Below, piece by piece: positions 9,952 through 20,478 of a stretch of DNA of 64,000 bases (its first letter is position 1; each line of letters begins with the position of its first letter). Origin of the DNA: an uncultured cyanobacterium (GTDB taxonomy: Bacteria > Cyanobacteriota > Cyanobacteriia > Cyanobacteriales > Nostocaceae); assembly GCA_963706595.1 (NCBI GenBank), contig OY970166.1, forward strand, positions 2,880,001 to 2,944,000. The letters are read 5' to 3'. Position numbers and translations under genes: made by a program. The notes beneath the pieces were generated by a model. It was not told the DNA's origin, searched no databases, and saw only the letters and a list, made by a program, of their open reading frames with translations.

Positions 9952-10908
9952 CTAACCAATTAATCTTTGCCAAGTCATTCCTCCGACAATTCCATCAGCA
10001 AGTAAACCATTTTGCCTTTGATATGTCCTAATCGCTGCGCCTGTCTGGGGACCATAAATTCCATCAACACCAGCACCTACACGGGATTGTATGTATCTCA
10101 CAACTGGACCACCGGCGTGGTTTGGTCTGACTATTCGTTTAGCTAAAATCAGATTAATTGCATTCCAGGTATTTGTATCTGCAATTCCAGTCGGTGCTAG
10201 TCCAACAATATTTTGAAAATTTACTGTTGCAGAGCTTGTTGCTGGTCCGGTGATATTATCCTCTACCAAGCGCTTACCATTTGCATCGTTGATTTTTAAT
10301 TGATTTAAGGCTCTTTGTAGTCTGATGACTGTAGTATCTGTATTCAACTCTTCATCAGGGACAACATTAACAGGAGTGCTAGATACTTGACCCGTCAAGC
10401 CTTTAACGATGGCATTAGCAGTTGCTTCCGATTCAAAGATATTCATATCTCGTGGTGAATCAATGAAGCAGCATTCTACAAGTATCGCTGGCATCCTAGT
10501 ATTTCTCAAGACATATAAGTGAGAACCACTTTTAACGCCACGATTGAAAAATCCTAATTTGACAATTTCATTTAACACTGGTTGAGCAATTCTTCTGCTA
10601 GCATTACTACCTGCGAATACTTCCGTACCATTAGCCCGACCATTAAAAGCGTTAAAATGTATTGAGACAAAAACCTCAACTTTATTATTATTCGCGGTAT
10701 TGATTCTTTGAAATAGTGAATTCGTGACGGAAGTAGACCTATCTGGTTTACACGCTATGACTTCATGTCCTAAAGCCCGTAACTTCGAGATAACTCTGTT
10801 CCCTACATCTGTGTTTAAAACATCCTCCGATTTGATCCCTACAGCACCTGTGTCTGGAGGAGTATTATGCCCGATATCAATGCCAAATTTCATATCTTGA
10901 ACCCTCAC
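9952..10908 (-). CDS. N-acetylmuramoyl-L-alanine amidase with C-terminal peptidoglycan-binding domains (start may be ATG 10893)
   Basis: Amidase_3 motifs IDIGH, FVSIHFNA, PAILVECCFID; DGIYGPQT and DGIVGGMTW PG-binding repeats. Confidence 0.92.
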   Translation of the reverse strand: MRVQDMKFGIDIGHNTPPDTGAVGIKSEDVLNTDVGNRVISKLRALGHEVIACKPDRSTSVTNSLFQRINTANNNKVEVFVSIHFNAFNGRANGTEVFAGSNASRRIAQPVLNEIVKLGFFNRGVKSGSHLYVLRNTRMPAILVECCFIDSPRDMNIFESEATANAIVKGLTGQVSSTPVNVVPDEELNTDTTVIRLQRALNQLKINDANGKRLVEDNITGPATSSATVNFQNIVGLAPTGIADTNTWNAINLILAKRIVRPNHAGGPVVRYIQSRVGAGVDGIYGPQTGAAIRTYQRQNGLLADGIVGGMTWQRLIG

Positions 10909-11255
10909 TAATTCTGCTGATAAATTCCGGTTTTCTATGGCTGTGCCACGCCAGCTATCAAGTTCTAAATAGTAAGTTAAATTTCTTACTATTCACGCAA
11001 ACCTGATCAAGATATCGTCTGTGGGCAAATATCATTTATCGAGTTGATATGACCGATGACAACATATTACCCTTCGGGTTTTTGGTTGCTCATGGCGAGG
11101 AACTGCGTTAGGCATCTTTGCCAACTTGATGCAAGTGGCGTAGAAAGCGCCTAGACCGCATGGACTCACCAATGAATACTTAACCAAATGTAGTGTATCG
11201 GATAAACCACTCAAATAATGATGGCAAATAAAAGAACGAAGTCAGGTTTTAAATT

Positions 11256-11269
11256 GTAATACAATATAC
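11256..11269. promoter_or_regulatory. possible NtcA-binding site
   Basis: GTA-ATACAATA-TAC matches GTA-N8-TAC between divergent genes; could be chance in AT-rich DNA. Confidence 0.3.
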
Positions 11270-11496
11270 TGCATTGTATTTTGTATTGGGCAGTGACTTG
11301 TCGATGCTGTTTGATCGTTGTTTGCTATTAGACTAATGTAGCAGACCGTATTCTCTCGTAGCCTTTTTCTAAAATCCAATATTTAGCTAAATATTTATAA
11401 ATGTTCAAATTATCCCCGCCTACTGAATTTCCTGGTTTGCACTAAGAGTTGGCGTACATTTGAGTTAGCATAACCTTGCGTGTTTGGAGAAAGGCG

Positions 11497-12135
11497 ATGA
11501 GCAAAAAAAAGTTGAGTAAAGCTGGGAACCGACAAGGCAGTTTACCTGTCGAAACATTTAGAACTAAAACAGTTCGGCTCATAAGCCCAGTTTTGGCTAT
11601 GACTGGATGGTTGGCGATGATGGCTCCAAGTATGGCTGTGACTACCTCTTACGCCAACGATTACCGTGTCTGTACAGCTCGACTCTTGAAATTAAGTATA
11701 ACTGAACAAGCAGTATCACAAAGTTGTGCAAAAGCACTGCGCCCTAGAGACTTGTCTTCTTGCGTAGTGAGAATTAATCAGCAAACGCAAATTAGTGCCG
11801 TAGATGCTCTTTCTTTTTGTGGACAAGCCCGGCGACCTAAAAACTTTTCAACTTGTGTCGTTGGTATTGCCAAAAATATGAAAGAAGCTGTTGACACAAC
11901 AGTTTTAAACTACTGTGGTCGTAGTTTGTTGCCTGAGCGTTTTGCTCAGTGTGTAGTAGGTTTACGTAGTGAGATTGATATTGCACCTACTCAGGCTATG
12001 GATACTTGTATCGATGCTAGTGACCGCGTTAGTGGCTTTTCTCCGGCATCTGTGCCAGAAAATAGAGTCAACACCACCGAATTTAGTCCCTCTTTTGAGG
12101 TGACTCCAATTCCAGGTCCTTCGGGAGATCAATAA
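11497..12135 (+). CDS. conserved cyanobacterial cysteine-rich exported protein
   Basis: ATG after ggagaaagg; repeated C-x5-P-x5-CV units; convergent on hetR. Confidence 0.75.
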   Translation: MSKKKLSKAGNRQGSLPVETFRTKTVRLISPVLAMTGWLAMMAPSMAVTTSYANDYRVCTARLLKLSITEQAVSQSCAKALRPRDLSSCVVRINQQTQISAVDALSFCGQARRPKNFSTCVVGIAKNMKEAVDTTVLNYCGRSLLPERFAQCVVGLRSEIDIAPTQAMDTCIDASDRVSGFSPASVPENRVNTTEFSPSFEVTPIPGPSGDQ

Positions 12136-12607
12136 AAGATTACGTCTTTAAATTGACGCACTTCTTCTAGGCTGGGCTTAACAGCCCGCCTATTTTCTTG
12201 TGTTTCAAACACAAGCTAATAGGAGTCACCAGTTATAGATTTAGCGGCTTAAACACTTAAACTTTCCGAACCTTGCAAACCAAAAAATCAAGTTAGCTAA
12301 TGGCAAAATACAAATGCCAATATTCAAGGTTAGGCATAGAAACCAAACCTCTGACTTTTTCAGCCGGAGACTGAAAGTATTTCTTTTCTGATCTGTTGGT
12401 GTTAAATTCACCCAGCCCTGGATTTTTTGTAAGTATATGCCTAGCAGGTGTCGATTGCTTAGAGCAATTAAGCACTTTCCTTTACAGACGCGACCAATCG
12501 CGTCTAGGCACGTTGCTCACGCCCCACTCTAATCTAAGCGCAGCTATGCCCACCGGGTTTTACAGCGCTTTGCTATACAAGGTGTTAATGGTATAACACC
12601 TAAACTA

Positions 12608-13531
<924 letters not shown>

Positions 13532-14619
13532 TTACAGATTTATTATTCACACAGAAACAAGTAGTATACACCCAATTGCAGCCAATGTCTTTAATTCCAA
13601 CCTTAGAGATTGTTTGAACTCCGAGGTGGTCGGGAGTCAAACGTGATATTTACTCTTGAGCGGGAAGTTCTGAGGGCAACAACTGTCTGGCGGCTTTCAC
13701 AAGAAGTGGATCTTTCCAGTTTAAGAATTACTTTTTATTAGGCTTTGAAGGACTGTTGGTTGTTTACAGATTTCCGGCTATGGTTGAGAGTTATTTAGGA
13801 GTAGATAACCTACTGGACTAAGAAACATTGGCAGGTTTCGCCAGAAGTTGTAAACCAATATATTGCTTACAACTTCCGGCAATTTTTTGGCAGTATAGGC
13901 AGTTGACTGGAGGGACAATCATCTACCTTAAATTAGGCAGATCATTCCAAGCTCAAGATACCTTTTATTTTCTTCAAACATGATATTCTATTTTTGGTCG
14001 TTTTTTTATTAATTTTGGATAAAGTAATCTATTGGCTGCAATTCCATGATTACCATGTATATCCTGAATATGCAAGAAAATATTAAGGTTCTCTGATATT
14101 TCACCAAAGACTATGAGTTCAACTTTAATTAGTTTTCTGGTGTTGAGAGGATGGCAAAGAAACTTCTGATGCATATCAAACTAATTTACACTCAGATTGT
14201 ATCGTTTATGCGTGTGCTGTCAATTGGTATGACCACTGAATAATTCAGATTTAATCAGACATAGCTATTTTTTTCGCTGAATTTATTGGCATGGTCGAGT
14301 CGGTGCGATCGCATTGAAAATTCTTAATTAAAAATTCGCATATTATAGCAACCGCCAAGGTAGTTAGGACATAGCAAAAATCTAAACCCCAGCCACATCA
14401 AGCATTTCAATTTTGACTTTTGACTTTTGCTATATTACCCCATAGCTAAAGCTAGTACAGTTCGGCGTACATAGGACAACCATTTGAAATCAATGAAAAA
14501 TCTATTTTATAAGACTTTTGTCCGGGCGGATTGCAATCCGCCTCTCCTGACGAACGCGCTGGGGGGTGCTGAATAGTATAAACCCAGTTACTTCACGACT
14601 CTGAGCAATCAATACTGCC

Positions 14620-17193
14620 CTAACCTAGATGACTACGGCTAGAGTTTTCAGAACTAGAAGGTTTAACCTGAGTTCGCATTTTTTCAAAGCTGTAAGCTGC
14701 TACTCCAAAACTTACGAATACTACTCCCATGATTTGCACGACTTCCAAGGCTTCCTGAAGTATTAACCCAGCAAAAACTACGGTTAAAATCGGGACACCG
14801 GCTCCGATAATCGCTGACCGTAATGCACCCAATTTGCGAATACCAACGTTGTTGAGTACATAGCCTACGAGAGTGAGAACACCCAAAATAAAAGCGGTTA
14901 AAATCAGTTCTAGTAAGTTAGACTGCTCAACAGCAAGACTCACATTGCTCGGCAAAGGCAACATCAAACAGATGAAGCTCAACACAAACATGGTGGTAAA
15001 GTTAATGAGAGTAAAAGATACTGGATGCAGTTTGGTAGCACATATCCGCGTCAAAATCACGTAACAGGCAAAAGCTACGCCAGCTAAAATTGCTGTGCTG
15101 CTTCCCAGTGAGAAATTAGGGACACCAAGGCTGGTAGAACCGCCTAAAACCAACAATTCGCCGCAGAAGATAGCGCCCATAGCAGCAGAGTGGAATCCAC
15201 TGGGGCGATCGCGGAACAGTAGCCATGAAAGCAGTCCGCTAATTATAGGGTAGATAAAGAACAAGGCGATCGCCGTTCCAGTTGCTACCTGACCAATAGC
15301 AAGGTAGATCAGCACCTGAGATAAAAACAAAAAGCACCCACTGGCGATAGATAGCTGTAAAGTTTTTTGTTTCTTGACACTACTATTTGCAGGGGAATTG
15401 CCACGTAGTGATGCCACAATATTTTGCATATCTTGCCATACTTGTGGATGCATCATGGGAGCCAAAAGTAACATTAGTGGCACAACGACAAGCAAGCGGA
15501 GCATTAAAATTAAGAGTATATTTCCCAGTGTTGGCGAAATAATTCCCTGGATCTCTAAAACCCCAAGATTGTCATAAGGTTTAAAAAACATCCCCTTAAT
15601 GGCTATGTTGTACAGCGATGATACGACCGTTGACAACACAACCAGCAAGAAACCTATCTGAATTGGCGAAAAAGTTTGGGAGCTAGGTGATTGTGATGAT
15701 GTAGATTTTGCTTCTTGCTTGGTTGCCGAGTTAGAAGTGAAGGGTTTCGTCTGACGTTCAAAGGATTCCCGACTGAGTACTGAATTGGGTTCACTAGCCT
15801 TTCTTGGCTCTGGTGAGGATTTGGTATCACGTTCTGACAAGTCCCGACTAAGTACTGAACTGGGTTCGCTTACCTTTCTTGGCTCTGATGAGAATTTGGT
15901 ATCGCGCTCAAAGGCTTCCCGACTGGGAACTGAACTGGGTTCGCTTACCTTTGCGGACTCCGATGGAGATTTAGTTTCGCGTTCCGATAAATCCCGACTG
16001 AGTACCGAACTGGGTTCGCTCACCTTTGGGGACTCCGATGGAGATTTAGTTTCGCGTTCCGATAAATCCCGACTGAGTACTGAACTGGGTTCGCTTACCT
16101 TTGGGGACTCCGATGGAGATTTAGTTTCGCGTTCCAATAAATCCCGACTGAGTACTGAACTGGGTTCGCTCACCTTTGGGGACTCCGATGGAGATTTAGT
16201 TTCGCGTTCCGATAAATCCCGACTGAGTACCGAACTGGGTTCGCTCACCTTTGGGGACTCCGATGGAGATTTAGTTTCGCGTTCCGATAAATCCCGACTG
16301 AGTACCGAACTGGGTTCGCTCACCTTTGCGGACTCCGATGGAGATTTAGTTTCGCGTTCCGATAAATCCCGACTGAGTACCGAACTGGGTTCAGTAGCTA
16401 GTGTCAGTATTTTGTTTGATGATGACGGTGGTGCAAAAGGAGCAGTATTGTTACTTTGTGTGAAGTCTCCAGTGTTTGTGGAACTTGGCTTGGTGGCGCT
16501 GGTCTGGATGACTCCTGTTTGTAAATGTGTATGAGAGGAACGGGGCGGCTGTTGCTCCGTAGATGGCAAAGTAGTAGGCGGTGATGCTTTTACTGTTGCT
16601 GGTGAAATTTCTTTTGTTGTTTTTCCTAGTTCACCACGCAGATGATTAATAAAGTCCGCGACAATTTCTTCCCCCTGCTGTTGTTGGCTCTGCATCCGAG
16701 ACAACTGTTGAGAAAGATTATTTTGATAGTTCTTCAGTTCCTGTTGTAAGGAGTTAAAGGTAATGGTCAGGGTATCATCCAAAGTGCCAAGCATTTGTTG
16801 AGCATTCTCATTGTGATCCCCGGCTGACTTCATAGCAGTTCGTTCCGGGGAATTACCTTCTACTGATTTGCTGGCCAGGGTTGCCAGAGATGATTGCAGC
16901 TGCGAAGATATATGCTTTGCCAAGGCTTCTGATAACTGACGAATTAACACTTGCTGTTCAGTTATTTGTCGTACCTGTTGTAAGTGTTCCTTTTCCTCTA
17001 GTAGCTGTTGAATTTCGTCAGATAAACGAGTTTTATCCGCCTGAAGCCGTTTTATTTCTTCCTGTAACGATCTGAGCACATTTTGCTGGAGTCTTTCTAA
17101 ATCCTCCACCACAGCCCATAAAGCTGTCTCTGCTGCTCTGGATAGCTCGCCTCTGACTCGCGGGTTGTCTGGTCGCTTCTCAAATCGCCCCAT
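14620..17193 (-). CDS. sepJ: septal junction protein SepJ (FraG): coiled coil, linker, DMT/EamA permease
   Basis: MGRFEKRPDN...AAETALWAVVEDLE N-terminus, Ser/Pro-rich linker, multi-TM C-terminus; directly upstream of hetR. Confidence 0.95.
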   Translation of the reverse strand: MGRFEKRPDNPRVRGELSRAAETALWAVVEDLERLQQNVLRSLQEEIKRLQADKTRLSDEIQQLLEEKEHLQQVRQITEQQVLIRQLSEALAKHISSQLQSSLATLASKSVEGNSPERTAMKSAGDHNENAQQMLGTLDDTLTITFNSLQQELKNYQNNLSQQLSRMQSQQQQGEEIVADFINHLRGELGKTTKEISPATVKASPPTTLPSTEQQPPRSSHTHLQTGVIQTSATKPSSTNTGDFTQSNNTAPFAPPSSSNKILTLATEPSSVLSRDLSERETKSPSESAKVSEPSSVLSRDLSERETKSPSESPKVSEPSSVLSRDLSERETKSPSESPKVSEPSSVLSRDLLERETKSPSESPKVSEPSSVLSRDLSERETKSPSESPKVSEPSSVLSRDLSERETKSPSESAKVSEPSSVPSREAFERDTKFSSEPRKVSEPSSVLSRDLSERDTKSSPEPRKASEPNSVLSRESFERQTKPFTSNSATKQEAKSTSSQSPSSQTFSPIQIGFLLVVLSTVVSSLYNIAIKGMFFKPYDNLGVLEIQGIISPTLGNILLILMLRLLVVVPLMLLLAPMMHPQVWQDMQNIVASLRGNSPANSSVKKQKTLQLSIASGCFLFLSQVLIYLAIGQVATGTAIALFFIYPIISGLLSWLLFRDRPSGFHSAAMGAIFCGELLVLGGSTSLGVPNFSLGSSTAILAGVAFACYVILTRICATKLHPVSFTLINFTTMFVLSFICLMLPLPSNVSLAVEQSNLLELILTAFILGVLTLVGYVLNNVGIRKLGALRSAIIGAGVPILTVVFAGLILQEALEVVQIMGVVFVSFGVAAYSFEKMRTQVKPSSSENSSRSHLG
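15742..16392 (-). repeat. 75-bp (25-aa) tandem repeat in the SepJ linker, 8 full units plus 1 partial
   Basis: EPSSVLSRDLSERETKSPSES[AP]KVS; first six nearly identical at DNA level. Confidence 0.95.
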
Positions 17194-17876
17194 TAGCTTC
17201 TAACCTCTAACACCTTGAAGATAAAGCTGCTTTCTGTAAACTTGCTTGGTACTCATAGTTATTTCCTGTCTTTTGTCAGGTAAATTCCAAACATTGGCAG
17301 GAATTGCTTACATAAATGTAATTTTGTCATGCTGAGTACAAATTTGGCAAAGTATCCAATTTATTTGCGTAACAGCCCTGCTATACTGTGTTCTTTTCAG
17401 CATGACAGAGATACCTGCCATTAGACTTATTTAAATTCACGGTTCTCTAGTGAGAGTTTATTAGAAAAAACAATACTCCCAATATAAATACTTGTTTTTA
17501 GTAGCAACAGTAATTATCAGAGGTTGATCAATACGTTGATTGCCACAACAGGATTGTCAAAGTTATGGACTTAGATATCAATTTTTGCAGAATGTAGCTT
17601 GTATGACAGTTTACATTCTTAAGAGATATTAAGCTAATCTTCCGCAGAAATTTAAAGTATTAGTATCCCCTTGACAATATTTTAGTCAATTAACTGCTAT
17701 TCTGCAAAAACACACTTTGATTTTGGTTTTGTAGCAGTCTGCTTTTCAAAAAAAAGCGATCGCAATATCAATTCAGAGAAATACCTAAATGCGGGAAACT
17801 CAGTCATTCTAATGCTGAGAGGGAAGCAACGCCAGCGGTTGTAACCGCAGTGATGAGGATACATAAAGAATAAATA

Positions 17877-19187
17877 TTAGAGGAATAAAATCCTGGCAGT
17901 GCTAAAGATGGCGGCGCTGAGAATTGCACTCACGGGAAGGGTAATTAGCCATGTGACGGCGATACTTTGTAGAGTTTGAAATTTAATTGATTTGATATTT
18001 TGCACCAGTCCAATACCGACGACACCACCCACAAGAGCATGAGAGGTGGAGACAGGTAAACCAAACCGCGAGGCTAATAAGATGGTGGTAGCGGTCGCAA
18101 GTTCGGCACAGAATCCACTACTAGGTTGCAAAGTAATGATGTTTTCGCCAATTGTGGCAATCACTTTTTCACCCCACAGTGCTAAACCAACGACAATACC
18201 AGCACCACCAAGGATTAAAATCCAGATGGGGATAGTGATGCCATTAATGGGGACGCTACCAGTACGATTAATATAGACAATGGCGGCTAAAGGAGCGATC
18301 GCATTGCCCACATCGTTAGAACCATGAGCAAAGGCGACAAAGCAAGCACTGATAACTTGAAATCGACCAAACAGGTGTTCAATGGGAGTGGGAAGTGGGG
18401 AGTAGGGAGTGGGGAGTGGGGAGTAGGGAGTGGTTTGTATTTGCTCTTTGTCTGCGGTATTCTCCACTTGTTCTAACTGTCGCCAACTAACTACTGTGAG
18501 TGCAATGGCTGCAACTGCACCTGTAAATAAGGGAATGTCGTAACTGGGTAAGTTTAAACCAATTCGCTGATTTAAGTAATTGGTGAGGGGTTGGGTTAAG
18601 GAAGGTAGAACGATGACACCAAATACTCCTAGCAGAATTACACTCAGCCAAGGAATCCACTGTTGTAGCTGTGCTACTGAATTTGGTTGATCTAAAATCC
18701 AGTGTTTAATTTGACTGTAGAATAAAGCCGCGATCGCACTACTGATGATCGGCGTACAAATCCAGCCAATGGTGACTAAGCCAATGGATGACCAATTAAT
18801 TGCATCTACTCCCACCGCTACCCAACTAAATCCAGCGATCGCCCCGACAACTGCATGAGATGAGGCTACAGGTAAACCACGGGAGGTAGCAATTTGTAGC
18901 CATAACCCACAGGTAATTAACACTGCTACCATACCAGTGACGTAAATTTCTGGTGTAGCAGCGAATAAAGTAGGATTGGCAATTTTTGTGGCTAAGGTTT
19001 GGGATACTTCCTGCCCAAATAATACCGCGCCCGTAAACTCTAAAATCCCAGCAATAATTATCGCTTGTTTCAGGGTAATAGCTTTGGAACCTACAGAGGT
19101 TCCCATTGAGTTGGCGACATCGTTAGCACCGAGATTACAGGCGAAATAAAAGGCTAGTAGGGCGATTAAAATTAATGTAATGGACAT
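17877..19187 (-). CDS. inorganic phosphate transporter (PiT family)
   Basis: GANDVAN and HGSNDVGN signatures, GLPVSTSH; ATG 19187 preferred as start. Confidence 0.93.
   Translation of the reverse strand: MSITLILIALLAFYFACNLGANDVANSMGTSVGSKAITLKQAIIIAGILEFTGAVLFGQEVSQTLATKIANPTLFAATPEIYVTGMVAVLITCGLWLQIATSRGLPVASSHAVVGAIAGFSWVAVGVDAINWSSIGLVTIGWICTPIISSAIAALFYSQIKHWILDQPNSVAQLQQWIPWLSVILLGVFGVIVLPSLTQPLTNYLNQRIGLNLPSYDIPLFTGAVAAIALTVVSWRQLEQVENTADKEQIQTTPYSPLPTPYSPLPTPIEHLFGRFQVISACFVAFAHGSNDVGNAIAPLAAIVYINRTGSVPINGITIPIWILILGGAGIVVGLALWGEKVIATIGENIITLQPSSGFCAELATATTILLASRFGLPVSTSHALVGGVVGIGLVQNIKSIKFQTLQSIAVTWLITLPVSAILSAAIFSTARILFL
18384..18432. repeat. heptamer tandem repeat (ggggagt/agggagt) translated in frame in the PiT loop
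   Basis: About 7 units encoding TPYSPLPTPYSPLPTP. Confidence 0.8.
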
Positions 19188-19308
19188 TGAGCGTTGGGGT
19201 AGATGGAAAGAAAATAGCGCGATTCTCAGATAAATCAAAAGCAAGGGCTTATCGCAAAATATCGAGAAGCGCTATAAATATTTTCTACTGTTATTTTGTT
19301 TGCCCGGA

Positions 19309-20355
19309 TTACGGATAAATTAAAATTTTATATGTTGTGGGATTTGGTGCGATCGCTTGCTCTACGGCTGCTGATAAGTTTTGTAATGGATAGCGATCGC
19401 TAATTAAAGCCTGGACATCGACACTCCGATTAAATACAATGTCCGCCGCTAGACTCTCAAGCCGATAGGATGAACTGTAACTACCCATCAAATCAATTTC
19501 CCGACGGTAAAGAATATTCGGGTTAATGGGAATTTCCACTTGATCGGGGAATTCTGCGAAAAACAAAATCTTACCACCTTTGTGGGTACATTCCAGACCT
19601 TGATAAAAAGCTTGATCACTGGGAACAGCTAGCAGGGTGACATCAACATTCATCCCCCCAGTCAAAGCTTGAATTTTGGCAGATAAATTAGGATCACGCG
19701 CCTCAAAAGCCGCATCTGCACCGACCGCCAAGGCTTTCTATACTCTCGATGGTAATAGATCAGTGGCGATCGCTTTCGCCCCAAAATGCTTGACTAACAT
19801 GACAAACATTAAGCCAATTGGTCCCGCACCAGTCACCAAAACAGTTTGTCCTGGAGCAATTTGGGCTTTTTTCACGGCTTTGAGACAGCAGTTAGTTGGT
19901 TCTACAAAACTCGCCTCTTCAAAGCTAATATCATCAGGAATAGGAATTAACCCCCCATTCTGGACAATATGTCCGGGAACCTTGACATACTCAGCAAAAC
20001 CGCCACCACTAGCATTAAATCCGGCTGTGGTAGAGATATTTTTATAGACATCGCACATAGAGAAATTATCATTCATGCAGTAGGCGCAACGCATACAAGG
20101 AATGTGGTGCATTACCGCTACTCGTTGTCCTACCTGCCAAGATTTTACTTCAGAACCTATGGCTGCGATCGTTCCCGCCGTTTTATGTCCAAATATGCGT
20201 GGTGGTTCATACAGGGGATAACGAATTTTTTTAATATCTGACTGACATAATCCCACAACTCCCACCTGTACCAGCACTTCATCTGGTTCCAGCGTCGGAA
20301 CTGGGATTTCTTCGTAAGACAGTTGATTAACGCCTCTAAATACCTGTGCTTTCAC
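19309..20355 (-). pseudogene. zinc-dependent (MDR) dehydrogenase with in-frame TAG at 19740-19738 and GHE->GHK change
   Basis: GLCQSD, CMRCAYC...C, GAGPIG; the two ORFs share one frame and are separated only by a stop. Confidence 0.85.
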
Positions 20356-20478
20356 TTTAGTTGTTCCCCACTCGTGGTTATTAAACGCAATAAACGAAAT
20401 CATCATAATTCAGATAGCTGTCAATGAAGCAGGATATATTTCATATATGATGGGTAGATCGGTTTGAACAAGCAATAA

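Noticed and set aside
9846..10955. Inverted tggcgtg.cacagc copies flanking the amidase as composite-transposon ends
   Set aside because: Only about 14 bp match, with no target duplication or transposase; likely dispersed repeats.
12293..12596. Small ORFs downstream of hetR as a patS-like peptide
   Set aside because: No RGSGR motif or convincing RBS; the region contains dispersed repeats.
15785..16534. 249-aa repetitive ORF on the + strand
   Set aside because: Antisense shadow of the SepJ linker repeat.
19738..19740. Recoded TAG (pyrrolysine or readthrough)
   Set aside because: No pyl genes are seen, and a second active-site lesion favours simple inactivation.
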